45,851 bases of DNA from positions 1 to 45,851 of the IMG/VR virus record IMGVR_UViG_3300005980_000004, one strand, 5' to 3'. Each line of letters opens with the position of its first letter. The first letter of the stretch is position 1. Below the pieces are notes generated by a model, which saw nothing but the letters and a program-made list of their open reading frames with translations, had not been told where the DNA came from and did no database searches. A program made the translations under genes and the position numbers. The stretch comes from a virus. Lineage: Duplodnaviria > Caudoviricetes. This document shows, in pieces, positions 1 through 9,007 of the stretch.

Positions 1-30
1 TTTCGGAACTCCAGCACGTTCCCACAGGCA

Positions 31-65
31 ATAAAAAACCCCGTAGACGTTAATCTACGGGGTTT
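31..65 (-). terminator. Intrinsic terminator left downstream of the tRNA-Cys 3' fragment
   Basis: 12-bp stem AAACCCCGTAGA/TCTACGGGGTTT with a T-run on the minus strand, just 3' of the CCA end. Confidence 0.8.
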
Positions 66-72
66 CTAAGAG

Positions 73-120
73 TGGAGGCCGAGGTCGGAATCGAACCGGC
101 GTAGGCGGATTTGCAATCCG
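73..120 (-). repeat. att core: 3' 48 bp of tRNA-Cys(GCA), prophage boundary
   Basis: Minus strand CGGATTGCAAATCCGCCTACGCCGGTTCGATTCCGACCTCGGCCTCCA has anticodon arm, T-arm and CCA; D-arm and 5' acceptor strand are absent. Confidence 0.9.
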
Positions 121-190
121 TTAGCGGCCCCCTATCTCATTGGGCCTCTACGATCAAGTACCTGTATTCATTGGTATTTTGTAAAACATG

Positions 191-206
191 CTGTGTATTC
201 ATACAG
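191..206. promoter_or_regulatory. LexA (SOS) box-like site
   Basis: CTGT-GTATTCAT-ACAG matches CTGT-N8-ACAG with an AT-rich core. Confidence 0.6.
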
Positions 207-213
207 CGGTATA

Positions 214-243
214 TGGGACATCCAGTGTCCCAGGATTGTCCCA
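214..243. repeat. Candidate integrase arm-type sites
   Basis: TGGGACA (214-220), TGTCCCA (226-232) and TGTCCCA (237-243), about 100 bp from the att core. Confidence 0.4.
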
Positions 244-278
244 CCCTCCCCCGGCGTCCTGCCGACCGAACACAATCC

Positions 279-794
279 CTATTTCCCCAAAGCATCATAC
301 GCCTGTTCGCAGGTCAGGCCCCGGGCTCTGGCTTGGTCAGCAACTGTTGCCAGATCACCCGCTCGCTGGTCAGCGCGCTTGAGCACGTCGGCAAGCACCA
401 TGACGGCACGGGTAGCTGCCGCGCTTGCGGCGGCAGTGCAGGAATTGCCGCCGGCTTGACTGGCTGCGATGCGATTGGCAAGGCCGTCGGCCGCGCTGCG
501 CAACCTGTCAGACTCACGGTTAGCAGCAGTGACAGCAGCAGCAGCGGTATCGATAAGAGCTTGGCCATTCTGGACTACCTTGTTGATCGCCTGTTGGCGG
601 GCTTGTTCTTTGTCGCGCTCGGCGGCTTCGTTGGTGGCCTTGGCAGCTTCATCACGAGCATCCCGCTCGCTCCACTTGGCCAGCCACTCATCATTGGTGA
701 CCGTCACACCGTGGTGGTACACGCCATACAGCGCGCCCAGCACGAGAAGAAGCACTGCCAGATAGGGAAGGATCTTCAGCCAGATCGTGCTCAT
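279..794 (-). CDS. Rz: Inner-membrane spanin (Rz-like, DUF2514-type)
   Basis: N-terminal TM segment (MSTIWLKILPYLAVLLLVLGALY), Ala-rich coiled coil, C-terminal CE motif; ATGA overlap with the endolysin. Confidence 0.85.
   Translation of the reverse strand: MSTIWLKILPYLAVLLLVLGALYGVYHHGVTVTNDEWLAKWSERDARDEAAKATNEAAERDKEQARQQAINKVVQNGQALIDTAAAAVTAANRESDRLRSAADGLANRIAASQAGGNSCTAAASAAATRAVMVLADVLKRADQRAGDLATVADQARARGLTCEQAYDALGK
314..568 (-). CDS. Rz1: Outer-membrane spanin lipoprotein embedded in Rz
   Basis: Signal peptide with lipobox LTGC, Pro-rich, two further Cys, alternate frame inside Rz. Confidence 0.75.
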   Translation of the reverse strand: MAKLLSIPLLLLSLLLTVSLTGCAARPTALPIASQPVKPAAIPALPPQARQLPVPSWCLPTCSSALTSERVIWQQLLTKPEPGA

Positions 795-1396
795 GCCAGC
801 ACCTTCAATGCCTTGTCGTACAGCGCCTGGCGATCGGCCATGCCATTGGTACCGCCGTTGATGCGCTGAGTGATTTTGGTCAGGTCGCCCGCATCGGCCA
901 GGGTATTCAGCCCATTGGCCGACCAGAACCAAGCCGCCGACATCGCGGCGTACTGCGGCTGCTCCAGCAGTTCTGGCTGATTGATCAGGTCCAGGCCCAA
1001 GGCTTCGCCGCAGGCTGCATAGTTCGTCTTGCCGGTCACCTGAATCAGTCCGCGCCCGCGATACTTCCAGCCGTCGCCGGGGGCCGCGTTACCCATGCGT
1101 CCGGCATACACGATGTTCGCGATCTGTTCGGGGTTGCGAGCTGCGGCCGTTGCTCGTACCGAGTCGAACCGGCTCGGCCACGTCTTCATCAGGCCGTCCG
1201 CGCTGTAGTTCAGGTTTTCCACCAGGCGCGTCAACTGGCCCGACTCGTGCCCGACCTGGGCGATGAATGCAGCGGCGCGTGGTGCGCCGACGATGCCGTA
1301 ACGGTTCATGGCCGTATTCAGGACAGGAACAAAAACGCCAGCTTGGCGGCCGGCGTTCGGGAGGATCTGCAGCAACTGCTGCTCGGTGATTGGCAT
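791..1396 (-). CDS. Endolysin, glycoside hydrolase family 19
   Basis: FIAQVGHESG, YRGRGLIQVTGKTNY, SAAWFW and INGG motifs. Confidence 0.92.
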   Translation of the reverse strand: MPITEQQLLQILPNAGRQAGVFVPVLNTAMNRYGIVGAPRAAAFIAQVGHESGQLTRLVENLNYSADGLMKTWPSRFDSVRATAAARNPEQIANIVYAGRMGNAAPGDGWKYRGRGLIQVTGKTNYAACGEALGLDLINQPELLEQPQYAAMSAAWFWSANGLNTLADAGDLTKITQRINGGTNGMADRQALYDKALKVLA

Positions 1397-1397
1397 T

Positions 1398-1979
1398 TCA
1401 GATCTCCTTGTAGAGATTGATTTTCGTCGTCATGCCGAGCGGCTCGCCGTCAGTCCCGGCATCGTCCGGCTGCACCTTGAAGCCCAGGCGGATAATGAAC
1501 GCCCGGGTATCGCTCCATTGGTGAACCAGATAGAAGCCATACCAGTGCTTGCCGCCATTCTCGGTGGTCACGAACTGCCAACCCGCCTCGCCTGGGTGAT
1601 CTCTGACGGTGTAATCGCCGACCCAGGTGATCGTGCTGCCCTTGACTGGCGCCTGCCATAGCTTGACGAATCGCATGTTGTTGACTGGATTGCGAACGGC
1701 AGCCCACCACCACATCGCCATGAAAGAATCGACCGGCCAGCCAAACGGTGTGTTTTCAGCCCACCAGCCGCGATTGTCACCCTGCAGCCCGTCATAGTCG
1801 TTCCCGAACAGCCACGCCCAGCGCGGAAGATTTACGATTGGGCGGCCGTCGCTCTTGCTGACTTCGTTGACCCTGAACGGAATGGCGATAGCTACAACAA
1901 ACAGCCCCAGCAGATCGGTGACGATGTTGCAGGCCAGCAAAAACACCCACTGGCATATCGCTTTGAAGATGTTAAGCAT
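1398..1979 (-). CDS. Hypothetical Trp-rich protein with N-terminal membrane segment
   Basis: 193-aa ORF abutting the endolysin, GGAGA RBS. Confidence 0.7.
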   Translation of the reverse strand: MLNIFKAICQWVFLLACNIVTDLLGLFVVAIAIPFRVNEVSKSDGRPIVNLPRWAWLFGNDYDGLQGDNRGWWAENTPFGWPVDSFMAMWWWAAVRNPVNNMRFVKLWQAPVKGSTITWVGDYTVRDHPGEAGWQFVTTENGGKHWYGFYLVHQWSDTRAFIIRLGFKVQPDDAGTDGEPLGMTTKINLYKEI

Positions 1980-1993
1980 GGGATTCTCCAGGC

Positions 1994-2018
1994 AATAAAA
2001 AAGCCGCCCGTAGGCGGC
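1994..2018 (-). terminator. Intrinsic terminator
   Basis: GCCGCC-TACG-GGCGGC followed by T6 on the minus strand. Confidence 0.7.
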
Positions 2019-2035
2019 GATTATTTATTCCTTAT

Positions 2036-2392
2036 TCATTCCGGCGCGACTGGCCATTCCGGCGAAGGGACGGTGATGTCAACCAGTTGGAGCGCCCGGT
2101 AGTAGGCCTGCCACGCCTTTGCTCTGACAGTCTCAGTGTCGGTTGCATCGCCAAGCTGCAGCGCCATGAAGAGCGGGGTCATGGCCAAGGACGCGAAATT
2201 TGCAAGTGACGCCTGCTGAGCAGTGTTCACTGCGACGATATCGACCGGCGGGTTAACGAAGTCCAAGTAACGCTGATCAGTATCCTCAATCTCGGCCTGA
2301 TTTAAGAATACCAGCGGGTCCTGGGAACAGCTAAAGACCGATGTTACTTTTGTGAGGGTGGAATCGGAAAACTGAACGTACATGAGTGTCAT
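2036..2392 (-). CDS. Tail fibre assembly protein (Tfa-like)
   Basis: C-terminal W..Y...L..VD.....EWP..PE motif; follows the tail fibre. Confidence 0.8.
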   Translation of the reverse strand: MTLMYVQFSDSTLTKVTSVFSCSQDPLVFLNQAEIEDTDQRYLDFVNPPVDIVAVNTAQQASLANFASLAMTPLFMALQLGDATDTETVRAKAWQAYYRALQLVDITVPSPEWPVAPE

Positions 2393-2402
2393 GGTGCTTC
2401 CC

Positions 2403-4130
2403 CTAAAAGGTGTATGCACTTACAAAAACAAAGAATACTGGCGTGCCAGCAGTACTGGACGTGAGGATGCCGATTGTTTGCGGCGCGCTAAGCGGTACTC
2501 CCGAAATGGACGACGAAGTTTGACTTGTCGCAGTTACAGAGATGCCCTGTTCGCCAGTTCGAATAGCAGAACCGGAAACCAAGCATTGCATAACGGACGA
2601 TGCCGAGTTCTGTGCTACAACAGAACCAGATATCGTTTTCGCATTGATTGGGGTTACACCCGAAATAGAAATCGTACTGCCCGAAGCATAGATCGTGCTA
2701 GTTGATACTGCCTGCAATTGCTGGAAGGCTACCAATCGATCATATTGCGTTCCGGATACGAGCAGCGAGGTTGCTACACGCCAGATACTTACAAGTGCGG
2801 CAGCGGTATACCCTGCTGGAATATTTGCCCCGCCATAGATCTCGGGGGCCCTGCTAGCCGTTGTGTTTACTGCAAGCAATGCGGATGTGCCGGAAGTTGG
2901 GTTATAGATCGCATAAATAGCGACATAGCCGTTTGCAGGCGGCGAGCCTGTATCCATACCGCCAGCGCCTGTTGTTGCTAGGTTTATATTCTTGCTGAAG
3001 TTCGAAATCTTGTATGAAGCGCCGCCGAGGTATGACTCAACAACTATTTCATCCGCTGTTACGGTTGCAGTGGCAGAGGCCGAAACAATATTTATTTGGA
3101 GGTTTCTGGCGGAGCCAACTACTGAAGTAAGCTGACCAAACTGTACGGCGTGCTGAAGCTGCGTTGCAGGCGCAACCTGAGTCGGGCCGCCAGTGCACGA
3201 GAGAAGAACCCAGGAGCTTAACGTGGCATGCCACATCAGCACCGCCTTGCCACCCGCCGCGAGTTCGCCACCCTGGAGGGCAGAGTGCGCCGCGCCAAGA
3301 ATCGAGTTAGGGCCAATCCCGTTAGGGCTGAAGTTAGCGCCACCTATATTGGTAGTTTTAACCTCCATTTCCAGAGTCATACCGTCGGTAAGCTGGGTGA
3401 TAGCCGGGGAGTAATTCACCTTGTAAACACCGGCAGTTCCGAAGTCCTTGGTATAGGTGAAGGCACTGGACTGCATTGCCGGAACGATGCCGGACAGCAT
3501 AAGCGGCGCGCCAATATATTGGCTGATACTTGTGGAGGTGATCGTGGTTTGGCCATAAGCCACCGTCACAACATACAGCCCCACATACCCGCTATCTGGA
3601 GCAGGAGTTACTTGGCTGCCAGTGGTAGCCGAAGCGCCGGCCTTTACAGCAACAACAGCAACTCCCTTACGAATGGTGTTCTGCGGCAGACCGTTGTTTC
3701 CCATACCACTGTACGGCAGTGCTGGGTTGGCGCTGTTGTAATAAGGAAGCAGCACCGGCACCAGATCAGAGTCCTGATAGGTGGCCTGAATCAGGTAGTT
3801 GATCGACTGGCCGGTTGTGCCTGGCGCTGGACAGCTCAGAGTGATGCCGTCCAGCAAAATACCCTGCTTCAGGATCGAGTGTGTCGTGTCGGCCGGCAGC
3901 GACGAAAATACCGCCGAATCAATAGCGGTCATGCTGTAGATCTCGCCGGGCGCGCACAGTACCTGCAGCGATGCTGGGCCCGTTGGCGTTACCGCAAAAC
4001 CATTGGCAATGGTGTTGGTGCCGAGGACTGCGGACGATACTTTGGCGCAGCCAATCATGGCGTCTTTTGTCGCCTGGAGCAGGCTGCTTTCGGTCAGCAA
4101 CTGGCCAGGATAAGTGATCTGTCTGTCCAT
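2403..4130 (-). CDS. Tail fibre protein
   Basis: Position after baseplate wedge genes; Gly/Ser/Thr-rich; VAPATQLQHAV and GAGGMDTG fibre motifs. Confidence 0.85.
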   Translation of the reverse strand: MDRQITYPGQLLTESSLLQATKDAMIGCAKVSSAVLGTNTIANGFAVTPTGPASLQVLCAPGEIYSMTAIDSAVFSSLPADTTHSILKQGILLDGITLSCPAPGTTGQSINYLIQATYQDSDLVPVLLPYYNSANPALPYSGMGNNGLPQNTIRKGVAVVAVKAGASATTGSQVTPAPDSGYVGLYVVTVAYGQTTITSTSISQYIGAPLMLSGIVPAMQSSAFTYTKDFGTAGVYKVNYSPAITQLTDGMTLEMEVKTTNIGGANFSPNGIGPNSILGAAHSALQGGELAAGGKAVLMWHATLSSWVLLSCTGGPTQVAPATQLQHAVQFGQLTSVVGSARNLQINIVSASATATVTADEIVVESYLGGASYKISNFSKNINLATTGAGGMDTGSPPANGYVAIYAIYNPTSGTSALLAVNTTASRAPEIYGGANIPAGYTAAALVSIWRVATSLLVSGTQYDRLVAFQQLQAVSTSTIYASGSTISISGVTPINAKTISGSVVAQNSASSVMQCLVSGSAIRTGEQGISVTATSQTSSSISGVPLSAPQTIGILTSSTAGTPVFFVFVSAYTF

Positions 4131-4140
4131 GAAATCCCCA

Positions 4141-4165
4141 ATAAAAAGCCCGCTCAAGGCGGGCT
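4141..4165 (-). terminator. Intrinsic terminator-like hairpin upstream of the tail fibre
   Basis: AGCCCGC-CTTGA-GCGGGCT followed by a T-run. Confidence 0.6.
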
Positions 4166-4184
4166 GTAGAGTTGAAAAGGCTGA

Positions 4185-4841
4185 TTAGCTGGTGATCCGA
4201 TACCAGATCGCAGAGCCGTACATTTTCGTTTGCTCCAATGCGGCCACGATATCGGCATCAGAAACCGACGGCGCAAGCTGCGTCGAAGGCAGCAGCCAGC
4301 TTGTCGAGGACAGGCCAAACCAATTGGTGTGCAATCCCGGCCAGCTTCCAGGGCCGCCGCTGATAGGGCGGTAGATGGTGACGAAAGCCTGATAGGGGCA
4401 GAGGGTTGAGCCGATCGGCCCCGCAACGCCGAGGTAGAGGGTGGCGCCTAGACAGCCGCAATCGTCAGGCTTGGATGGCTCAATGATCGTTGGCCAGCGA
4501 CCTGTTAGGTCGAACAGGACCTGCCTCATGCCTTTGCGGGTGGCTCTTTCCCTGAAAATGTTTATCAGGACTCGGTTTAGATAGCTCGCATCAGTCTGCG
4601 CCGACAGCCTTGGAAGGTTGTTTCCGAAAAAATCCAGTCCTATCAGGTCGAGCCAGCCGTCTGTGGCTGTTTTGATCCGGGTCTGCGATTGCGCATACAG
4701 GTAGAGGGTGAACGCCCATGAAAGCGTCTGCGCATAGCCCCACAACAACGCATCCCTGATGGGGTTGTTGTCGCCGAACCATCCGGCCGGCAACAGGCTT
4801 TTAAGCCTGCCGAACATATCTGTTTGGTCGCCAGTACTCAT
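4185..4841 (-). CDS. Baseplate wedge protein (gpI/gp48-like)
   Basis: TATDGWLDLIG motif; position after baseplate J. Confidence 0.75.
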   Translation of the reverse strand: MSTGDQTDMFGRLKSLLPAGWFGDNNPIRDALLWGYAQTLSWAFTLYLYAQSQTRIKTATDGWLDLIGLDFFGNNLPRLSAQTDASYLNRVLINIFRERATRKGMRQVLFDLTGRWPTIIEPSKPDDCGCLGATLYLGVAGPIGSTLCPYQAFVTIYRPISGGPGSWPGLHTNWFGLSSTSWLLPSTQLAPSVSDADIVAALEQTKMYGSAIWYRITS

Positions 4842-5969
4842 CTAAGCCACCGTTACTGTGCCGGGTCTAATGACCTGTTTATTGGTGGCTCCAAGGTCGG
4901 CAGTGCCCCCATTGAGCAATACGCCGGAGACGTTTGTGATCCCAGGGCTGACCCCATAGGCAATATTTGCAAGCTGGGTGTAGGGCAGAATCTGCCCCAG
5001 CGTCAAGCTGGCGATATAGGCCTGAATGGCGGTCGTCACCTGAGCAACCATTGCGCTGTGCGTGACGGTCGAGTTAGTGGCGATGGTCATGCCTACGTTG
5101 GCGGTAACCAACACCGGGCCAAACACCGCGTAGCGCGTGGTGAATCCTCGGACAGACTCGATGGCCGCGCCGGCAGACACTAGAAAGGCCCCGGAAGGCG
5201 CCCCGCTGCCGTCGTCGACAACGGCATAGAAGTAGCCATACAGCGTGTTGCCGCTATAGTCCTGGTTCTCGGTCAGGGTGTATGAGACGCCCTGCTGCAT
5301 CGACACCAAGGCATATCCAATAGCGGCTTTTGTGGCTTTTGACAGGGATTGCACCCACGACACAAACCTGGCTCGAAACGCCGAATCAGCCTCTGGGTCA
5401 ACGCCATTCGTGAACACGGCAGAGTTGCCAACCGTATCCACGCCGCTGATGCTTCCGACGATTACCGTCACGGTGCCGATCAGTGCATTCCCTGCGGCGC
5501 CTGCAGTGCTGGCCATTACAGGCACGGTTGCCGAGGCCGTTCCGGCCGGGATCAGGTAGCCGCCGAGCGTGGCGTTGTAGAGCGCGTTCGTGGTGTCGAT
5601 CGTCACCGCATACTGCTGCGAGCCGTCGGCCGAGCCTACCAGCGAGCCGATCGGGATCAGGGCCGAGTTGGTTGGTGTGAATCTCGAATAGGTCACGCTG
5701 CCGGTTGCGAAGCTGGCAGATAGCCGATAGAAGCCGAAGTCGGCCATCCAGCTATCAAGATCAGCGCCGGACGAAGTGGACGCCCTGGTCGTGGCCAGTA
5801 GCGTGACGATCAACTGCTGCAACCACTGCAAGATACTGGCGTTGCTTTCGGTGATGGCGCGCATCAGAGAGCCGATAGTGAAGTCCACAAGCCCCGCAGC
5901 GCGGCCTTGAATCGCCGTAACCTGATCGCGCACCAGCGTGGTGAAGTCTTTGATATTGAGCGATGCCAT
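4842..5969 (-). CDS. Baseplate J-like protein
   Basis: 375 aa; GADLD, G..GN and NGVDPEADSAFRAR motifs. Confidence 0.9.
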   Translation of the reverse strand: MASLNIKDFTTLVRDQVTAIQGRAAGLVDFTIGSLMRAITESNASILQWLQQLIVTLLATTRASTSSGADLDSWMADFGFYRLSASFATGSVTYSRFTPTNSALIPIGSLVGSADGSQQYAVTIDTTNALYNATLGGYLIPAGTASATVPVMASTAGAAGNALIGTVTVIVGSISGVDTVGNSAVFTNGVDPEADSAFRARFVSWVQSLSKATKAAIGYALVSMQQGVSYTLTENQDYSGNTLYGYFYAVVDDGSGAPSGAFLVSAGAAIESVRGFTTRYAVFGPVLVTANVGMTIATNSTVTHSAMVAQVTTAIQAYIASLTLGQILPYTQLANIAYGVSPGITNVSGVLLNGGTADLGATNKQVIRPGTVTVA

Positions 5970-5970
5970 A

Positions 5971-6336
5971 TCAGCGATTTACCTCAAACGAGAGCGTCAC
6001 CGGCTCGCCTGTGGCGGAATCGGTGTAGCTAATATTGGCGGAGAGGGTGTCGTTCTGTGACGAGACCGAGATGACGGGTGCAGGGCTCTTGGAGACGCAA
6101 TCCTCGAGCAGGATCTGCCCGCGTATCAGGGCGATGATCTCGGGGATGTTGGTGAGCGCACCCACATAACGGCCCAGGCCGGCGCCGTACTCTGTATGGA
6201 ACAGGTAGTCGCCCGGGTTGGTGATCAGTCGGCGCAGAATCCTTTGCTTGCCTCTTTCCATCCCCTCGACCGGCGACAAGCTGCCAGTCGGGGACAGCGA
6301 AAGGTCGCCTCCGACGTAATGATTCAGGTCCTTCAT
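5971..6336 (-). CDS. Baseplate wedge/sheath initiator (gpW/gp46-like)
   Basis: RRL.T.PG.YLFH.EYG motif; size and position. Confidence 0.8.
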   Translation of the reverse strand: MKDLNHYVGGDLSLSPTGSLSPVEGMERGKQRILRRLITNPGDYLFHTEYGAGLGRYVGALTNIPEIIALIRGQILLEDCVSKSPAPVISVSSQNDTLSANISYTDSATGEPVTLSFEVNR

Positions 6337-6914
6337 GGTGTAGGCGCCCCTGTGTTGCCGCTGATGGTGCCGCCTGTGTGGATGTGGGTTTTCAGGCTGA
6401 CCGTACCTGCCTTAACGTCGCCGCCCGAGACAACGATGCCGGTCGAGTCGGTCACGGTAAGGGTGTGGTCCATCGTGACCGGGCCACCGGTGAAGTGGTG
6501 CGCCGGCGCGTCATAGCTGATGGACACCGAGGAATGCAGCGTGACCGTGCCGTCGGCCTTGAATTTGAGCAGAGACCCGGACTGGTGAACCATCCAGATT
6601 TCCCCAGACGGCACCGGCATCGGCAGGTTCAGCGAGTTGGTGTGGCGCGCCGTGACCTTGCCGAGGTTCGGGTCTGACGAATCGAACGATACCGTCACCT
6701 CGTCGCCGAGCTGCGGGCCGATCTGCACGCCCCAGCCGTTGCCGACGCCGGGGCAGTCCAGCTTGATCCAGTTTGTCTCTCGGCCTTCTGGCTGGATGGC
6801 GACTTTCACCACGCCATTCGACGGGTCGTAGCCGGCGATGGTCCCGGTGCGAGACCCGGTGCCGTCATCACTCAGGCGCTGTCTGGACGCATTCAAGAGG
6901 CTGTCTATGCTCAT
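6333..6914 (-). CDS. Baseplate spike (gpV-like)
   Basis: OB-fold-like N-terminus (PQLGDEV), C-terminal SLKTHIH metal-binding HxH tip. Confidence 0.9.
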   Translation of the reverse strand: MSIDSLLNASRQRLSDDGTGSRTGTIAGYDPSNGVVKVAIQPEGRETNWIKLDCPGVGNGWGVQIGPQLGDEVTVSFDSSDPNLGKVTARHTNSLNLPMPVPSGEIWMVHQSGSLLKFKADGTVTLHSSVSISYDAPAHHFTGGPVTMDHTLTVTDSTGIVVSGGDVKAGTVSLKTHIHTGGTISGNTGAPTP

Positions 6915-8017
6915 GGCTGCACCAGTGAGTTGGGGTTATGGTTCTTGGCGGTAAGGCTCATCGTGTAGCCGGCGTCAAAGCTCATCGAGCGGCGTACCGC
7001 GTCGACGTAATAGAGCTGGTCAAACCCGGAGCCCGTGCCTTCCTGGCGCACGATGGTGTTCGGCATGAGCAGGTTGTCGCCCGGCATCGAGCAGGACATG
7101 CGCATTTCGTGGTCGGTGATCTGCTTGTGGATCTTCTGGGCCAACTGCACCGCCTGGGCCTTGTCCAGGCCGTTGCGCTTGATCTCGTAGACCTGGCGCT
7201 TCGACGTGGATTGACCTGGCGCAATACCCTTGGCCGAGTTGTTCGGGTACGTCGCGGTGACCGTCTTCCCGTCCTTGTAGGAGATGACCTGAACCGTCAC
7301 GCCAAGGGCCAGCGTCAGGTCGCGCTCGAAGGTGATGTCGTCGGCCGTGTTCGACTGCGGGTAGTAGTAGGCGCCTGGCTGAACCCAGCGGATCACGTAC
7401 TGATCGGTGGTCTGCGGGTCAAGTGCAGGCTCGTAGTGCAGCTCGTTGCCGCGCACGTAGACTTGAAAACCATCCAGGCCAGCGAAGTAGGCCAGCGCAT
7501 CCCACTCGGTGCGCTCGTCAGTGACGTGCGCATGGTCCCACTTGGTGATACCGCCAACCTGCGTTGTGGTTGCGGTGACGACCGGTGTGAGGCCGCGCCG
7601 GGTAGCCAGCAGCGTAGCCACCTGGCTGGTGGTCATGTTGGAGAATTTCTCGTTGGTCTTGTGATCAATGAAGCGACTGGTGTAGTCCCGTCCACTGATA
7701 GAGACCTCGAACTTTGCCGGGTGAATGGACAGGTGATCCACGGCGCCGACGATCAGCTCCTTCCAGTCCTGGGTTCCCTGGTTGATCAGTCCGGCCCAGA
7801 TCGAGACGTCAATCGATGTCTGTGAGCCCCACCAGCTCATGGTGTTGTATGGCGCTGGCAAATCACTCAACACCAGCACGGCAGAGAAGGTGTCCGCCGA
7901 GTAGAAGGCGTTGCTGTCGACGTCGAACGAGTAGAACGGCACATGAACACCGTTCAGCAGCAGGCGGCCGACCACCTGCCGGACGAGCTGCTCCGTCTCC
8001 TTGGTATTCAGGTCCAC
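6911..8017 (-). CDS. Baseplate hub / late control D-like protein
   Basis: ISGRD motif; 368 aa; between tube initiator and spike. Confidence 0.8.
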   Translation of the reverse strand: MDLNTKETEQLVRQVVGRLLLNGVHVPFYSFDVDSNAFYSADTFSAVLVLSDLPAPYNTMSWWGSQTSIDVSIWAGLINQGTQDWKELIVGAVDHLSIHPAKFEVSISGRDYTSRFIDHKTNEKFSNMTTSQVATLLATRRGLTPVVTATTTQVGGITKWDHAHVTDERTEWDALAYFAGLDGFQVYVRGNELHYEPALDPQTTDQYVIRWVQPGAYYYPQSNTADDITFERDLTLALGVTVQVISYKDGKTVTATYPNNSAKGIAPGQSTSKRQVYEIKRNGLDKAQAVQLAQKIHKQITDHEMRMSCSMPGDNLLMPNTIVRQEGTGSGFDQLYYVDAVRRSMSFDAGYTMSLTAKNHNPNSLVQP

Positions 8018-9004
8018 TTATTCACCTACTGGAATTTTGATGGTCTGGATGCCGTCGAGGCGCGGATCGGTGATGCTGTTCGCCGCGGCGATCTCGGTCC
8101 AACGGGACTGGTCGCCGTAGGCGTCGGCTGCGACTTTCTGCAAGCTGCTGTTGCTGGTGGTGACGCTCGACGTGCCGTTGGCCAGCGGCCCGGACAGGAC
8201 GTTCTTCTGCATCCGATCCAGCACGCTCTGCATCTGATAGAGCGGTGCGAGCTGGGTCAGTGCGGCGCTCTGGCGCAGGACGTTGTTGGCGGCGCGCGCT
8301 ACCGGGTTGCCGGGCACCAGGCCGCCGAGGGTTGTGATGTCGTTCACCGACGCCCCAACCTGTGCAATCACGGACTGAACAATCGCCTGAGCGGCTACCA
8401 GCGGCCGGATCACCGTTTGCACGGTGTCGATTGTCGCGTTGGCGAACCCCTGGACCTGCGACACCGCGCTTTTCACGGTATCGATGGCGGTTGTCACGGC
8501 GCTGGAATTGATGATGCTGGCAAGGCCAAGCGACTCCCCGACGTCGCTGTTGATCAGGTTGTCGAGCGTGCCGGCCAGGGCGTTCTCGGTGACTGGCGTG
8601 TCGAGGCTCGACACAACAACCAACTCAATGGTGTATGGGCGGCGATAAACATGCTCAAACCTTGGCGTAAACGATTGGATGACCACGCTGTAGTAGTAGC
8701 CGTCCATGCTAAATGTCAGGGGGGCCCCGACATCACGCATGGTTTCAAGCTCGCTAACGCGATCGCCAGCCGTCGCCCCAATAATCCACCCAGACCATGA
8801 GAGGTTGTCGTAATCGACGCCCAAGACGTCGACTTTGCGCTTCCCTCCCACCATCTTGTGGATCACCAGTTGCTGCTTGCCGGCTCCGGGAGAAACCGAC
8901 TCTGGAACCTCAAGCCCGGTGAACTCAAAATCCCCCAATATCAACCTTGTGGCGAACGGGTCCCCGCCCGGGGCGAAGTTGTCCAGGAAGGTTGTGAGAC
9001 TCAT
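8018..9004 (-). CDS. Tail tube initiator fused to C-terminal LysM/gpX-like domain
   Basis: C-terminal LQKVAADAYGDQSRWTEIAAANSI..P LysM-like motif. Confidence 0.8.
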   Translation of the reverse strand: MSLTTFLDNFAPGGDPFATRLILGDFEFTGLEVPESVSPGAGKQQLVIHKMVGGKRKVDVLGVDYDNLSWSGWIIGATAGDRVSELETMRDVGAPLTFSMDGYYYSVVIQSFTPRFEHVYRRPYTIELVVVSSLDTPVTENALAGTLDNLINSDVGESLGLASIINSSAVTTAIDTVKSAVSQVQGFANATIDTVQTVIRPLVAAQAIVQSVIAQVGASVNDITTLGGLVPGNPVARAANNVLRQSAALTQLAPLYQMQSVLDRMQKNVLSGPLANGTSSVTTSNSSLQKVAADAYGDQSRWTEIAAANSITDPRLDGIQTIKIPVGE

Positions 9005-9007
9005 CGG

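Noticed and set aside
73-146. Intact tRNA-Cys gene
   Set aside because: Similarity stops at 120; the D-arm and 5' acceptor strand are missing, so it is an att duplication.
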